The notes beneath the pieces were generated by a model. That model was not told the origin of the DNA, ran no database searches, and saw only the letters and a program-made list of their open reading frames with translations. The translations under genes were made by a program, and so were the position numbers. From an uncultured Gemmatimonadales bacterium (GTDB lineage Bacteria; Gemmatimonadota; Gemmatimonadetes; Gemmatimonadales; GWC2-71-9): 64,000 nt of DNA. This document shows, piece after piece, positions 20,762-31,162 of this stretch (the first letter of the stretch is position 1; each line of letters starts with the position of its first letter). The DNA lies in the NCBI GenBank assembly GCA_963695555.1, contig CAVOGR010000003.1, positions 21,730 through 85,729 of the forward strand, in the 5' to 3' direction.

Positions 20762-23365
20762 TTACCTCTTTTCCGCCTTCCCCACCCTCACGGCACCAGC
20801 ACCACCAGCCGCCGCTCGCCGCGAGCTGCGGAGGTCAACCACCACGGTCGTGAACGGGCCCGTGCGGCCTCCGATCCGCCCGCCCTCCACTCGACGGAGC
20901 GCGACAGAACTGCGGACCCGGAACTCCTGCTGGCCGCTCCCCTCCACCGTCACAACGAAGCGTCCCCCGTCCTCCCGCCAGTCGAGGAGTCTCAGCCCGC
21001 GCGACGGATCGCCGGGCTTGGGCCGAGCCTGTTGCGGCACCAACTCCGCGCCGCCGCGATACGTAATTTCCACCACCGCACGGCCGGTCACGGTCAGCTC
21101 GAAGCTCGGCGACACGTCGTGCGGGGTCCGAACGTCGCGATGCGCCACCGCAGCTCCGTCCACCGTGACCGATTCGATCTCGGCACCGAGCGGCAAGGAC
21201 GGCGCGAGAGACACCACCACCGGCCGGGCGGGGTCACTAGCCGTGAGAGTGATCGACATCCGGTCGTCCTCTCTTCGGATCGCCGCGTCGAGCTTGCCGC
21301 ACCCGGTGTCGAGCCGCCGCACGGTCAGTCGGTCCCAGTCGGCCGGAAGCTGGGGCTCGAGCGTCACGCGGCACCGTGACGCTTCGGCCCGAAACCCGAT
21401 CAGGCCGCGCACCAAGGGCGACACCAGCATCGAGGTCGCGAAGAACTGGTCCGGCATCGCCGTATCGAGCGGATCGTAGAACGCTGCCGAGAGTAGCTCC
21501 GGCTGGACGCCGAGCGCGAAGTCGTCACCCATGCGGGCGATGGCGCGTAGCAGGTCGAATCCGGCCCAGCCACGCCGCATCTGGTACTGGGCCCACGCGG
21601 CGAAGCCGGTGACGAACGGCCACACGGCGCCGTTGTTGTAGTGGAGCGGCTCGTACAGCGGATGACGCCGGTCGAGCGTCCGCACACCCCAGTCGGTGGT
21701 GATGTCGGCGCCGGAGATCTGGGCCAGCATACGCCGCGAGCGCTCAGGATCGAGCTGCCCGAATGCCATCGCCGTCGCGGGCCACACAGTCAGGGCGTCG
21801 TTGAGTCGCGTCCCTCCCTGGCCATCCTCCAGCAGGGCGAACGCGTAGCGCCCAGCCGGCTCCATCCAGAACCGCCGCTCCAGGCCGGCCCTGGCCCGCT
21901 CATGGAGTTCGGTCAGCTCGGTCACTAGTGCCCGGTCGCCCCGGTCGGCCGCGAGCTCGCGCAGTCCGTCCAGGGCCGACACCCACACGCCGGCGAGATA
22001 GATGTCGGTGTGCAACGCGTCGCCCAGCCCGCCGACTTCGATGGCGCCGGCGCCGGCAGTCGGGTTCTCCATCAGCCCGTCGCCGTCGGTATCGGTCTCC
22101 TTCGACCAACGGTAGGCCAAGAGCAGCTTGTCCCACATCCCGTCGATCCACTCACGGTCGCCCGAGGCACGCCAGTACTCGACACAGGCCAGGATCCAAT
22201 AGGGTGTGGTGTCGCCGTGGAACCAGGTATAGCCGTAGTCGGTCCACCAGAGTAGCCGGCCCGCGGCATGAGAGATCTCGTGCGGGATCTTGCCGTCGTC
22301 CCGCTGGTAGCGGGCCAGGAACGACATCCCCTCACGCACCAAATCGAACTGGCCGACGGCGTCCATGGCGAACGAGTTGATGGCGGCGTCGCCCCCGAAG
22401 TACCAACCGAAACCGGGACGGAAGTTCCCCGCCCCCGCCTTGCCATAGCCCGCCACCAGGCCGCAACCCAAGTCGGGATTACAGGCCCGCTGGCGGTCGA
22501 GGTTCACCTTGGCCCACTCGAACATCCGGTCGAGGGCCGGGTCGGGCGACTCGATCGACACCAGCGAATCGGTCACGGCGCGATAGTGGGCGACCTTCTC
22601 ATCCACCAGCCGGCGCGCGTTCGCGAGCATTCGATCGGCCGCCGCCCACATGGAATCGCGCGGCATGACCCCACCCACGATCACGATCGGCAAGAAGCTG
22701 GTCCGGGCCAGTGCCGTGTCGATGGCCATGGTGAATTGGGAGGGAAATGCGGGTGCATCGTGGGCCGCGTGCGACGTGCCCGAGGTGGCCGCGGGCGAGA
22801 GCACGGCGCCGTTGATTGTTCGGACGCCGCCGTTGGTCAGCAGAAAGCCCCGGCGCGACTCGACCCAACCGATGTGCTGCCCGCCGAAGCCGCCGGGCCA
22901 CGCCAGGTTGAAGTCGGCGTTCAGCCGGACGATCACCTCGAGCGGCCGGACCGCGTCGACGTCCAACAGAATCAATGCACCGGGCTCGTCCAGCGCGGCC
23001 ATCACGTGGGCGCGCACGGTGAAGGTCGGGTGCGAGTAGACGATGGTCTTGTAGGCGGGATGGAGAATCACTCGCCGCGCCACCGTGGCTCCGTCGATCG
23101 GCCGGTCGTAGTCCGGAATGCGGAACGAGAACGACAGGTCGCGCACCAGCTTCACCGGCCAGGTCCACGCCTCGAATCCTCCAGTCTCGTCGCCGAATAG
23201 GGCAGCCTTTCGGCCGACGTCGGCGAGGTACGCGCCCGGCCGGGCCGGACCTTCCAAGTCCACTCGAGACGAAGGCATCTGAAACTTGGGAATGCCGGTA
23301 GGGGCTTGAGCACCAGCAGTCCCCGCGGCACAGGCAATCAGGCCGAGCATTGGGGCGAGTCGCAT
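20762..23365 (-). CDS. Secreted six-hairpin glycosidase (amylo-alpha-1,6-glucosidase/GDE-like)
   Basis: Signal peptide; GWYFGGD, YQRDDGKIPHE, YNNGAVWP motifs. Confidence 0.75.
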   Translation of the reverse strand: MRLAPMLGLIACAAGTAGAQAPTGIPKFQMPSSRVDLEGPARPGAYLADVGRKAALFGDETGGFEAWTWPVKLVRDLSFSFRIPDYDRPIDGATVARRVILHPAYKTIVYSHPTFTVRAHVMAALDEPGALILLDVDAVRPLEVIVRLNADFNLAWPGGFGGQHIGWVESRRGFLLTNGGVRTINGAVLSPAATSGTSHAAHDAPAFPSQFTMAIDTALARTSFLPIVIVGGVMPRDSMWAAADRMLANARRLVDEKVAHYRAVTDSLVSIESPDPALDRMFEWAKVNLDRQRACNPDLGCGLVAGYGKAGAGNFRPGFGWYFGGDAAINSFAMDAVGQFDLVREGMSFLARYQRDDGKIPHEISHAAGRLLWWTDYGYTWFHGDTTPYWILACVEYWRASGDREWIDGMWDKLLLAYRWSKETDTDGDGLMENPTAGAGAIEVGGLGDALHTDIYLAGVWVSALDGLRELAADRGDRALVTELTELHERARAGLERRFWMEPAGRYAFALLEDGQGGTRLNDALTVWPATAMAFGQLDPERSRRMLAQISGADITTDWGVRTLDRRHPLYEPLHYNNGAVWPFVTGFAAWAQYQMRRGWAGFDLLRAIARMGDDFALGVQPELLSAAFYDPLDTAMPDQFFATSMLVSPLVRGLIGFRAEASRCRVTLEPQLPADWDRLTVRRLDTGCGKLDAAIRREDDRMSITLTASDPARPVVVSLAPSLPLGAEIESVTVDGAAVAHRDVRTPHDVSPSFELTVTGRAVVEITYRGGAELVPQQARPKPGDPSRGLRLLDWREDGGRFVVTVEGSGQQEFRVRSSVALRRVEGGRIGGRTGPFTTVVVDLRSSRRAAAGGAGAVRVGKAEKR

Positions 23366-23366
23366 G

Positions 23367-24521
23367 CTACCTCGCAGGCAAAAACCCGAAGGCCCACACC
23401 GTCCGCGAGCGGTAGATTTGCCCCGGCTCGAGAATGGTGGAAGGAAACTCGGGGTGGTTGGGTGAATCGGGAAAGTGCTGGGTCTCGAGGCAGAGCCCGG
23501 CGCGCTGGCGGTACACCGCACCGCCCTTCCCGGTGATCGAGCCGTCCAGGAAGTTGCCCGAATAGAATTGGACGCCGGGCTCGGTGGTACTGATCTCCAG
23601 CGTGCGGCCGGTCGCGGAGTCCACCAGTTGCGCGATCGAGACCACGCCTGGTCCGCCTCGATTCAGCACGAAGTTGTGGTCGTAGCCGCCGCCGAAGCGG
23701 AGCTGTTGGTCGTCCACTTGGATCCGGGCCCCGATACGGTGGGGAGTGCGGAAGTCGAACGGGGTCCCGTCGACCGATACCAGATTGCCGGTCGGGATCA
23801 GGGTCGAGTCCACCGGGGTCATACGGTCGGCCGCGATGGTGAGCACGTGGTCCAGGATGTCTCCCGCGCCGGCCAGGTTGAAATACGAATGCTGGGTCAG
23901 GTTGACCGGTGTGGCGCGGTCGGTGGTGGCCTCGTAGTCGATCACCAGCTCGTTGCGGTCGGTTAGGGTATAGGTCACCGTCGCGTGAAGCGTACCAGGG
24001 TAGCCCTCGTCCCCGTCGGAACTGGTGTGGGTAAGGCGCACGCCGACACCGCTGTCGCTCTCGAACGGCTCCGCCGCCCAGACTACCTTGTCGAATCCGC
24101 GAAGCCCACCGTGGAGGTGGTTGGGGCCGTTGTTGACGGCCAGGCGATACTCGGTGCCATTCAGCGTGAACCGGCCCTTGGCGATCCGGTTGCCGTAGCG
24201 GCCCACGATGGCGCCGAAGTAGGGCGAGTCTTTCAGATAGCCGGCCAGGCTGTCGTAGCCGAGTACCACGTCGCCGGGCGTGCCGCCTCGGTCGGGTACC
24301 TCGAGCGAGGTGATGATGCCGCCGTATGTCATGACCCGGACAGTCATCCCGGCCCGGTTGGCGAGCGTAATCAGCTCGACCGCTTCACCTGATGGGGTGA
24401 CGCCGAAGGGTTCGCGGGTCAGATGGTCCTCTCGGGCAGGGGTTTGTCCGGTGTCGTCGGCGGAACAGGCCACCATGGCCAGCATGGCCGCGAGCGAGGC
24501 CAGGCGCAAGGTTCGGCTCAC
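23367..24521 (-). CDS. galM: Aldose 1-epimerase (lipoprotein)
   Basis: [41 protein letters not shown]; lipobox MVAC. Confidence 0.92.
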   Translation of the reverse strand: MSRTLRLASLAAMLAMVACSADDTGQTPAREDHLTREPFGVTPSGEAVELITLANRAGMTVRVMTYGGIITSLEVPDRGGTPGDVVLGYDSLAGYLKDSPYFGAIVGRYGNRIAKGRFTLNGTEYRLAVNNGPNHLHGGLRGFDKVVWAAEPFESDSGVGVRLTHTSSDGDEGYPGTLHATVTYTLTDRNELVIDYEATTDRATPVNLTQHSYFNLAGAGDILDHVLTIAADRMTPVDSTLIPTGNLVSVDGTPFDFRTPHRIGARIQVDDQQLRFGGGYDHNFVLNRGGPGVVSIAQLVDSATGRTLEISTTEPGVQFYSGNFLDGSITGKGGAVYRQRAGLCLETQHFPDSPNHPEFPSTILEPGQIYRSRTVWAFGFLPAR

Positions 24522-27046
24522 GCTCCCTCCTCCCAGATGAGCAGCTCGGTGATCGCCGTCGCGTTCGGAGTGGCGTGATCGAACACCACACGCACTCGGG
24601 TGGTCTCGACCGGCTCGATCCACAGCGTGTTCACGGCCGAGCCTTCCGGTATCTCCGGCAGGCGGCGCTGCACCACTGCAGGCAGCCAGTTGCTCCCACT
24701 CCAGAATTGCACTGTGAAACCGCTTGGCGCAGCTAGACCGCGGCCTTCGGAAACCAAGTGGACCTCGATCCGCCCGACCCGACGCGGCTCGCCGAAGTCC
24801 ACTTGGAGCCAGTCGCTCGGGTTCGTGGTGCCCCGGCCCGACCAGCGGTTTCGGGAGTAGCGGGTGTAGGCGACCCGGCCGTCGGTTGCCTGGGCGGCGG
24901 TGTCGCCCCGGGCGGAGTAGGAAGCTGACGCTCGAGGGTATCCCTGCCCCGACATGTTGATCGCCAGGTTGCCCGACCGGGCCTCGGGCTCGGCGAACGG
25001 GGCCTTGGCGTGGGCCCAGGCCTCGATCTCGCTGAGCCCGCTCGATGCGCCGGGGCGGTGAGTCAGCACCAGCCGAAGCCGCGCGGTCTCGATCGGGTCG
25101 AAGCGAACCGTGGTGGCGCGGCGGCCCTCCGGGACGTCGGGTACGCGGCGCTGGTCCGGAATCTCCTCCCATCGGTCGTCGCGCCACATTTCCAGCGCGA
25201 ACCGTTCGGGCGGTCGAATCGCGTCACCGTCGTCGAGGAAGTAGAGCGTCACCCATTCCACCAGGCGAGGGATGCCAAAGTCGATCTCTACCCAATCAGT
25301 CGAGTTGCCGGATCCGGCCGCGGTCCAGCGGTTGGGCGGCGACTCGTGATACCAGATGTGCCCGTCGATCAAGTAGTGCGGCGGTGTGTCCGGCGCGCTG
25401 TAGGACGCGGTGACTTGGGGAAACGCGCCGCGACCGTTATTGACGGCGAAGTTGACTGGACGGTCCACCGGCGAGAGGGCCGGCGCCGGCCCCATGTCGG
25501 CCACCAGCCGGGTGAGCCCCGCGCTTTGCCCGATTCGCTTGCCGTTCACGTAGAGCGACAGTCCGGCGCCCCGTCCGTAGTGCCGTCCGTCCCGGTCCCA
25601 CACAATCGACACCTCACGGCCGCGGTAGGCTACGCGATCCAGTGCGAACCAGTCCCAATCGTCTGGTATGAGCGGGTTCACCTCGAGCGAGTCGTCGCCG
25701 CGGGGCCGGAGGCCCGCAAGACCCGTGATCACCAGATCCACGTAGCCGGAATGGAAGTAGTGCTCGCTATGGTAGTAGGTGTCGTGTCCTTCCCATGACC
25801 CAGTGAACGGGTCGGCCGCCTCGGCGATGTAGGGCCGGCCGTCCTTGCGTTGATCCATCGTGTAGGTCCGGAACAACCGGAACCAATCGCCGCGGGTGAC
25901 GACCCTCTGCTGGTAGTGGTTCAGCAGGTTGGCCATCGCCACCAGCGTCTGGGTGGTGGCGTACGGCCACGCGTTGCCGCTCCACACACAGCAGGTCGGC
26001 GACACCTGGAACAGCGGATCATTCCGCTCCACGGTGGTAGGCCCGAACGGCGCCATGAAGTAGGTCGTGTCCATGAGGAACCGCCACGCCGCCTCGTAGC
26101 CGGGATCCGGCAGGCTGAACTGCCAGGGCACGTAGCCGATCAGCTCACGCCCGTGCTGGTTGCCGGCGTAGCGGCCCGTTTGATAGGTGCGGCTCCCGGC
26201 TCGAATGCCGTTCAGCTCCTCGTCGGCGAACTGGTGCAGGAAGAACTGGCGCTCCGGGTCCCACAGTTCCTGCTGGACTCGGGCCTTCAAGTCGGCCGCC
26301 CGGGCCGCGTAGTCACGCGCGACGGCAGAATCGCCGAGCAGTGTGGCCGCCCTGGCAATCGCGCGGGCGTCGGCGAAGAGATAGCTGTTGAGCGTCGGGC
26401 GATAGCCTTCGGCGCCGGAGAAAGTGTCGCTGGTCTGGCGGCTGTTGATGTTGACTTCCATCCCGTCGTGCATTCCATCCCACCGGAACATCCGATGCGA
26501 CGCATCCCAGTGCTCGTCGATCCAGCCCTGGTACTGGGTCAGCATGTGGGGGAGGACGGTCCTGAGGAAGGCGGAATCTCCGGTCGCCAAATACGTGGCC
26601 CAGACCGCGTCGCCGTACCAGTTGGAGTAGCTCCGGGGTTGGGCGCCCGGCGCCTCAAACCAGTAACGGGCGAAGTCCTCGACGATTCGGCGGTCTCGGA
26701 GCCAGCGGGCCTCGTAGAGTTGGTGGCCGAGTGGGCAGCTGATGGCACCGTAGGCGCCGGACCAAAAGGGACGGTCGATGAACTCGGTGAAGGTGTAGCC
26801 GGTTTCCGGGGCGCCGTAGGTGAGGTGCTTGGTGAGCACTTCCCAGCGGTAGTAGTAGGTCGCGTCCACCTCGGCGTCCGGCGACTCAAACAGCGGGAAG
26901 TGCCGTTGGTACCAGTCCCAGTCGTGGTTGTCCCACCAGGTCTGGCGACCCAGCACCGTCTCTGGGTCGAGCAATGGCGGGCTCGGCCGGCATCCCCCGA
27001 GGAGGCAGGCAAAGAGAATGGTCGGAACGGACGAGTAGCGAGGCAT
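24518..27046 (-). CDS. GH63/MGH1-like glycoside hydrolase with two C-terminal discoidin (CBM32-like) domains, lipoprotein
   Basis: LGGC lipobox; [31 protein letters not shown]; two NRW...DW(V/L)..DFG repeats. Confidence 0.75.
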   Translation of the reverse strand: MPRYSSVPTILFACLLGGCRPSPPLLDPETVLGRQTWWDNHDWDWYQRHFPLFESPDAEVDATYYYRWEVLTKHLTYGAPETGYTFTEFIDRPFWSGAYGAISCPLGHQLYEARWLRDRRIVEDFARYWFEAPGAQPRSYSNWYGDAVWATYLATGDSAFLRTVLPHMLTQYQGWIDEHWDASHRMFRWDGMHDGMEVNINSRQTSDTFSGAEGYRPTLNSYLFADARAIARAATLLGDSAVARDYAARAADLKARVQQELWDPERQFFLHQFADEELNGIRAGSRTYQTGRYAGNQHGRELIGYVPWQFSLPDPGYEAAWRFLMDTTYFMAPFGPTTVERNDPLFQVSPTCCVWSGNAWPYATTQTLVAMANLLNHYQQRVVTRGDWFRLFRTYTMDQRKDGRPYIAEAADPFTGSWEGHDTYYHSEHYFHSGYVDLVITGLAGLRPRGDDSLEVNPLIPDDWDWFALDRVAYRGREVSIVWDRDGRHYGRGAGLSLYVNGKRIGQSAGLTRLVADMGPAPALSPVDRPVNFAVNNGRGAFPQVTASYSAPDTPPHYLIDGHIWYHESPPNRWTAAGSGNSTDWVEIDFGIPRLVEWVTLYFLDDGDAIRPPERFALEMWRDDRWEEIPDQRRVPDVPEGRRATTVRFDPIETARLRLVLTHRPGASSGLSEIEAWAHAKAPFAEPEARSGNLAINMSGQGYPRASASYSARGDTAAQATDGRVAYTRYSRNRWSGRGTTNPSDWLQVDFGEPRRVGRIEVHLVSEGRGLAAPSGFTVQFWSGSNWLPAVVQRRLPEIPEGSAVNTLWIEPVETTRVRVVFDHATPNATAITELLIWEEGA

Positions 27047-27142
27047 GGGAGCGGGGAGATCCGATCCTTAAGCTACGCGCGCGCGCGATGGCGGCAATGC
27101 TGCGGGTATCGGCTCCCACTCCTCTTCCCTATTCCCGGCTCT

Positions 27143-27171
27143 CTACCCCCTACTCCCTACTCCCTACTCCC
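27143..27171 (+). repeat. (CTACTCC)n heptamer tandem repeat
   Basis: ctaccccctactccctactccctactccc. Confidence 0.8.
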
Positions 27172-27178
27172 TCACACA

Positions 27179-27229
27179 CGCGGCTGAAGCCGCTGCTCGG
27201 CACGGCGTCGCGTTGCGACGCTTGCAGGC
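27179..27229 (+). repeat. REP-like double-hairpin repeat, copy 1
   Basis: cgcggctgaagccgctgctcggcacggcgtcgcgttgcgacgcttgcaggc, identical to 27324-27374. Confidence 0.88.
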
Positions 27230-27323
27230 GAATTGCAAGCTCAAGACCCGCCTCCCTACTCCTTACTCCTTCCTTCCGCGGTCTTGCCGCCTTTCTGCCT
27301 TTCCGTCTTTCCGCCTAGTCAAT

Positions 27324-27374
27324 CGCGGCTGAAGCCGCTGCTCGGCACGGCGTCGCGTTGCGACGCTTGCAGGC
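27324..27374 (+). repeat. REP-like double-hairpin repeat, copy 2
   Basis: 51-bp exact direct repeat of copy 1, 84 bp upstream of tnpA. Confidence 0.88.
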
Positions 27375-27458
27375 AAGCGATTCGCTTCTTGCGAGGGCCT
27401 GTACCTGAATGCTCAATAAGGGTGACGTGGGCTCTACTGAGGTTACTAGACTCGAACC

Positions 27459-27917
27459 ATGTACCATCGCGTCTACGTGCATCTCGTGTGGACCACCCGG
27501 GGGCGCGAGCCCCTGATCGACCATTATCTCGCGGAATTCCTCTGTGGCTTCCTCCGGGCGGCAGCGAGAAAGGAAGGTGCCTACGTCCTCGAGATCGGGA
27601 TGGTAGGCACTCATGTGCACCTGCTCGCGAGGCTGCACCCCACCACGTCTATTTCGCGCCTCGTGCAACGACTCAAAGGGGCCAGCTCGGCCGTCGCAAC
27701 CAAGAAGGGCTATGGCGCCCGCAATGCCCGGCTACTCTGGGCCAAGGGATACTCGGTGCAGAGCGTCAGCGTGCGAGCACTCGACTCGGTCCGGCGGTAC
27801 CTACGCACGCAACCCACGCATCATGCCGACGAGGCGATTCCGGGTTGGCAGGGTGACGTGGCTGAGCACGACGAAGCGAGTGCGATGATCGCGCCACGGG
27901 CCCCAGAAGTCGCATAG
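27459..27917 (+). mobile_element. tnpA: Y1 HUH transposase (IS200/IS605 TnpA-like), no tnpB
   Basis: HLVWTT, HUH motif HVH, LKGASS, WAKGYSVQSVS, catalytic YLRTQ. Confidence 0.9.
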
Positions 27918-27918
27918 C

Positions 27919-27966
27919 GCGTGGCGCCAGCCACGCCGTGCCGAGCAGCGGCTTCAGCCGCGCGAG
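27919..27966 (-). repeat. REP-like double-hairpin repeat, copy 3 (inverted, directly after tnpA stop)
   Basis: 27933-27962 is the exact reverse complement of the first 30 bp of copies 1 and 2. Confidence 0.88.
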
Positions 27967-28005
27967 AATAGCACGCAACCCGAGGAAAGTCTCGGAGGCC
28001 GCACC

Positions 28006-28674
28006 CTAGAACTTGCGTTCATATATGGACCACGCCTCCAGATACCCGTCCGCCCCGAACTCGAAAGAATACACAAGATGCCTATAGCCCGAGGCATACC
28101 CCCCCTTGGAAAGCGATAGGACGTATAGCCTGACCCCGACACGACCTGTGGGCCGGACAAAAGACTGGTCCGCGAGCCTCTCGAAATCCCATGGCTCCAG
28201 GCGCTCCATTTGCTGGCGGATGTCAACACTGTCCTCGGGTTGCCACCCGTCAGGCTGCCTCGGAAAAAACACCTTGTACGCTCCAAAGGGATCAGCCAGC
28301 TTAGCCAACAACCGCCCGACATTTGGAGCATCTTGCAGCCCAGTAACGCGAATCCCGAAGGCCCTCGCCACGGCTATGAGTTCGGGCGCTTCGAAGCCCC
28401 CCAGACGCCAGAAGTGCTCACCTCTTGTCGACGAGATATGAGGGAAAGGGGTGTACGCCCTTGGCTACAGCTCTATAGACACGTATCGTGTCGGTAATCA
28501 ACACAGCCTCCACTCGCACGTCATCTGCTGTGAACCTGAAATCGCCATGGTTAGGGAGCAGGTCGGTGTTCAGCTCAGCCACGACCGCACTCATGCATCG
28601 GGGTGAAGGGACAGGTCCTGGGCATACACGGACTTGGCAACGACAACCAGCAAGGCGCTGGCGAGGACGGCCAT
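28006..28674 (-). CDS. Hypothetical secreted protein, visibly lower GC (two frameshifts)
   Basis: Three abutting frames: MAVLASALLVVVAKSVYAQ.. / SAVVAELNTDLL..PSYLV / GEHFWRLGGFEAPEL..YERKF. Confidence 0.5.
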
Positions 28675-28814
28675 TACGCGTCGACCCTTACACGTTGCCA
28701 CGTTACCCCTCCAACAGAGGAAGCGCATCATTCGCGGCGCACGCCCCATTCTGAGACTAGTGTCTGGTTGCCAAGCGGTGGCTCCAGCCGCACGAGGGAG
28801 GGCTATCTCCAACT

Positions 28815-28858
28815 GGCTATTGTCTATTGGCTATTGGCTATTGGCTATTGGCTATTGG
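28815..28858 (+). repeat. (CTATTGG)n heptamer tandem repeat
   Basis: About six units of ggctatt. Confidence 0.85.
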
Positions 28859-28919
28859 CCCGTGAAGGTAGCGTCTTTCCGACCTCCCGCCTCCCCGACT
28901 TTCCGCCTTCGCATCCCGC

Positions 28920-29813
28920 TCACGGCTGCTCGGACACATCATAGCTCAGCATGAACTCCAGGAACTTGGAGACTTCCACCATGTCCTTCCCGACGAACCT
29001 GATGGTGTGGGCGTCCACCCGTTCCACCATCGGCAGGTAGCCCAGCAGCTCGACCGGTCGGTAGTGCTTGAGGCTGACCTCGAGTGTGATCGGCGGCTGG
29101 AGCCGCACCGGCTCGAAGTCCCCGATCCGGCCGATCGCGGCCTTCACTTTCTGGCGGATGACCTTGCGCGCCGCCTGGGGTGTCAGGGTCTTCGCCGAGT
29201 GGAAGCTCACCGCCTGTTTGACAACGGCTCCCTCGACGTCACCGAGGATCGTGCGCGCCTCATCAACGATCGCGTCGTCGCCTGAGATCATGATCACCGG
29301 AACGCCGAAGTGTCCGGCGATAGCGGCATTGAAGCCGGCCTCCGGCACGGCGATCCCGTTGAGCTTGAGCGCGGTCACGTTGGCGCTCGACATCGTGTGG
29401 GCCCGCACTCCTCTGGTATTCGTGGTGCCGGTGTGGTAGCCGATGAAGATGACGCCGTTGAAGCTCGGGTCGATGCCTTCCATCATCATGAGCGGCCGGG
29501 GCCACGACCGCACCACCATCACGTCGTCGGGCAGCTCCTCCAGGAGGAGGTTCTGGCCGTTCCCGTGCGAGTCGCTGACCAGGATCTCGGTGGCGCCGGC
29601 CTCGCGTGCGGCGTCGATCGCGGCATTGACTTCCGCGGTCATAAACTCACGAAACCTGCCGTACTCGAACCCGTCCGGCCCCAGCTGCTCGCCGGTGACG
29701 GCGCCGGCAACCCCTTCCATATCGGCGGAGATGTAGACCTTAAGTGGCTTCTGCGCCAGGGCCGTCGATGCAACGAGCACAAGCAGACAGAAGAGGAGCG
29801 GTGCTGATCTCAT
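28920..29813 (-). CDS. M55 family D-aminopeptidase (DppA-like) with signal peptide
   Basis: KVYISADMEG, DSHGNG, IGYH, AHT, SGDD. Confidence 0.9.
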   Translation of the reverse strand: MRSAPLLFCLLVLVASTALAQKPLKVYISADMEGVAGAVTGEQLGPDGFEYGRFREFMTAEVNAAIDAAREAGATEILVSDSHGNGQNLLLEELPDDVMVVRSWPRPLMMMEGIDPSFNGVIFIGYHTGTTNTRGVRAHTMSSANVTALKLNGIAVPEAGFNAAIAGHFGVPVIMISGDDAIVDEARTILGDVEGAVVKQAVSFHSAKTLTPQAARKVIRQKVKAAIGRIGDFEPVRLQPPITLEVSLKHYRPVELLGYLPMVERVDAHTIRFVGKDMVEVSKFLEFMLSYDVSEQP

Positions 29814-29862
29814 TCGGACCTCGATGGGGTTGGTGCGGGTGCGGAGGGCTATCGGCTGAAGG

Positions 29863-30318
29863 TCACGTGCTTGGCTCCGGTCGACCGCTGTTACGACCTT
29901 TGCGGAACATGATGAATGCGCCGGCGAGGCCAATGACCATGGCCGGCGGACACACGAAGACAGCGGTAACGTAGGCGACCTGAGCAACGAGTAGCACGAT
30001 GGCGCGCAAGGGCCAAGCGCCCCCCGTTACCCCTGCACCGACCTCAAAGAGGGCGTGGGGAGCCACGAGACCGTACGGAACCACGAAAACACCGAAGCAC
30101 AGCCCAGACGCATACAATAAGTACTTGAATTCTCGCGCTCGCCGCCAAGGGTGTACCCAGGCGAGAATGAGGGCGGTCGCCGCCACGAAGGTCAGCACAT
30201 GCGCGAGACTGCTGCTGCCAAATCCGATCGCCCCAACAGCGATTCCCGCAGCACCGAAGGCTGCCAGAAAAGTGACCGTTACATGGCGGTGTCGCGGCGT
30301 GCTAAGAGCCTGGAGCAT
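29863..30318 (-). CDS. Hypothetical membrane protein
   Basis: 151-aa ORF with about four hydrophobic segments. Confidence 0.6.
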   Translation of the reverse strand: MLQALSTPRHRHVTVTFLAAFGAAGIAVGAIGFGSSSLAHVLTFVAATALILAWVHPWRRAREFKYLLYASGLCFGVFVVPYGLVAPHALFEVGAGVTGGAWPLRAIVLLVAQVAYVTAVFVCPPAMVIGLAGAFIMFRKGRNSGRPEPST

Positions 30319-30381
30319 AGGTTGCGTCGAGGTGAGTTAGCACAATGCTGAGACCAGGAACCCCTATCCTTCCGCACTCCT

Positions 30382-30435
30382 CCCTACTCCCTACTCCCTA
30401 CTCCCTACTCCCTACTCCCCACTCCCTACTCCCTA
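30382..30435 (+). repeat. (CCCTACT)7+ heptamer tandem repeat
   Basis: Seven units plus a partial unit, abutting the stop codon at 30436. Confidence 0.9.
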
Positions 30436-31118
30436 TCACAGCTCCCTCACGTAGATGTTTCGGAAATACACCGGACTCCTGTCGTCGTGGTTCTGGAGCC
30501 CGATGTATCCCCTCGGCGCGAAGTCGGCCACCTTGCCCCGTGGCTCGGCATCCCAGTCGATCACCGTGGTACCGTTCAGCTCGACCGTAATATGCTTTCC
30601 CTGAAACGTGATGCGGTACTTGTTCCACTCGCCGGGCGGGTTCGCGGCCTTGGCACTCGGCGCCTCCGCATCGTAGACAGCCGCGGTCTGGTGGATTCCC
30701 TCACCGGCCTCGTTGATCTGGATCTCGAAGCTGTGATAGATGTAGTCGTCGCTCGACGGCACGCCCGGCACTCGGAGGAAGATGCCGGAGTTGGTTTCGC
30801 GTCGGCACACTTGAACTCGAGATCCAGCACGAAGTCGCCGTATTGCTTGACCGCATACCAGAAGAGCCCCATGCCGCCGTGCGAGGTCAGCATCCCGGTC
30901 TCCGGATCGAGGTCGAAGTAGCCCGGGCCGTAATGGTTCCAGCCGTGCTTGGAGTAGCGGCCGTCGTGCTGCTTCAGGATCTGTTCGAAGCCGTCTTGCA
31001 TGGTTGCATCCTCTTGGATGGCCGGCACCACGGGGGTCGCATCCGGCCGGCCATGGCCCGGTAGACCACGAGCGCGAAGCCACCCCTAGACACCGACAAG
31101 TACCAGCAGTCGTCGCAT
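30436..31118 (-). CDS. DUF1080 / 3-keto-disaccharide hydrolase family (frameshifted)
   Basis: YGDFVLDLEFK, NSGIFLR, FEIQI, GEWN, GYIGLQNHD, FRNI; start uncertain. Confidence 0.85.
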
Positions 31119-31162
31119 CTGATTTCACTCGACATAAGATTGGTTGGACAGGCAGCGGCCGG

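Noticed and set aside
27179..27374. CRISPR array from the 51-bp direct repeats
   Set aside because: Only two direct copies, a 94-bp low-complexity spacer, an inverted third copy and no cas genes; fits a REP-like element.
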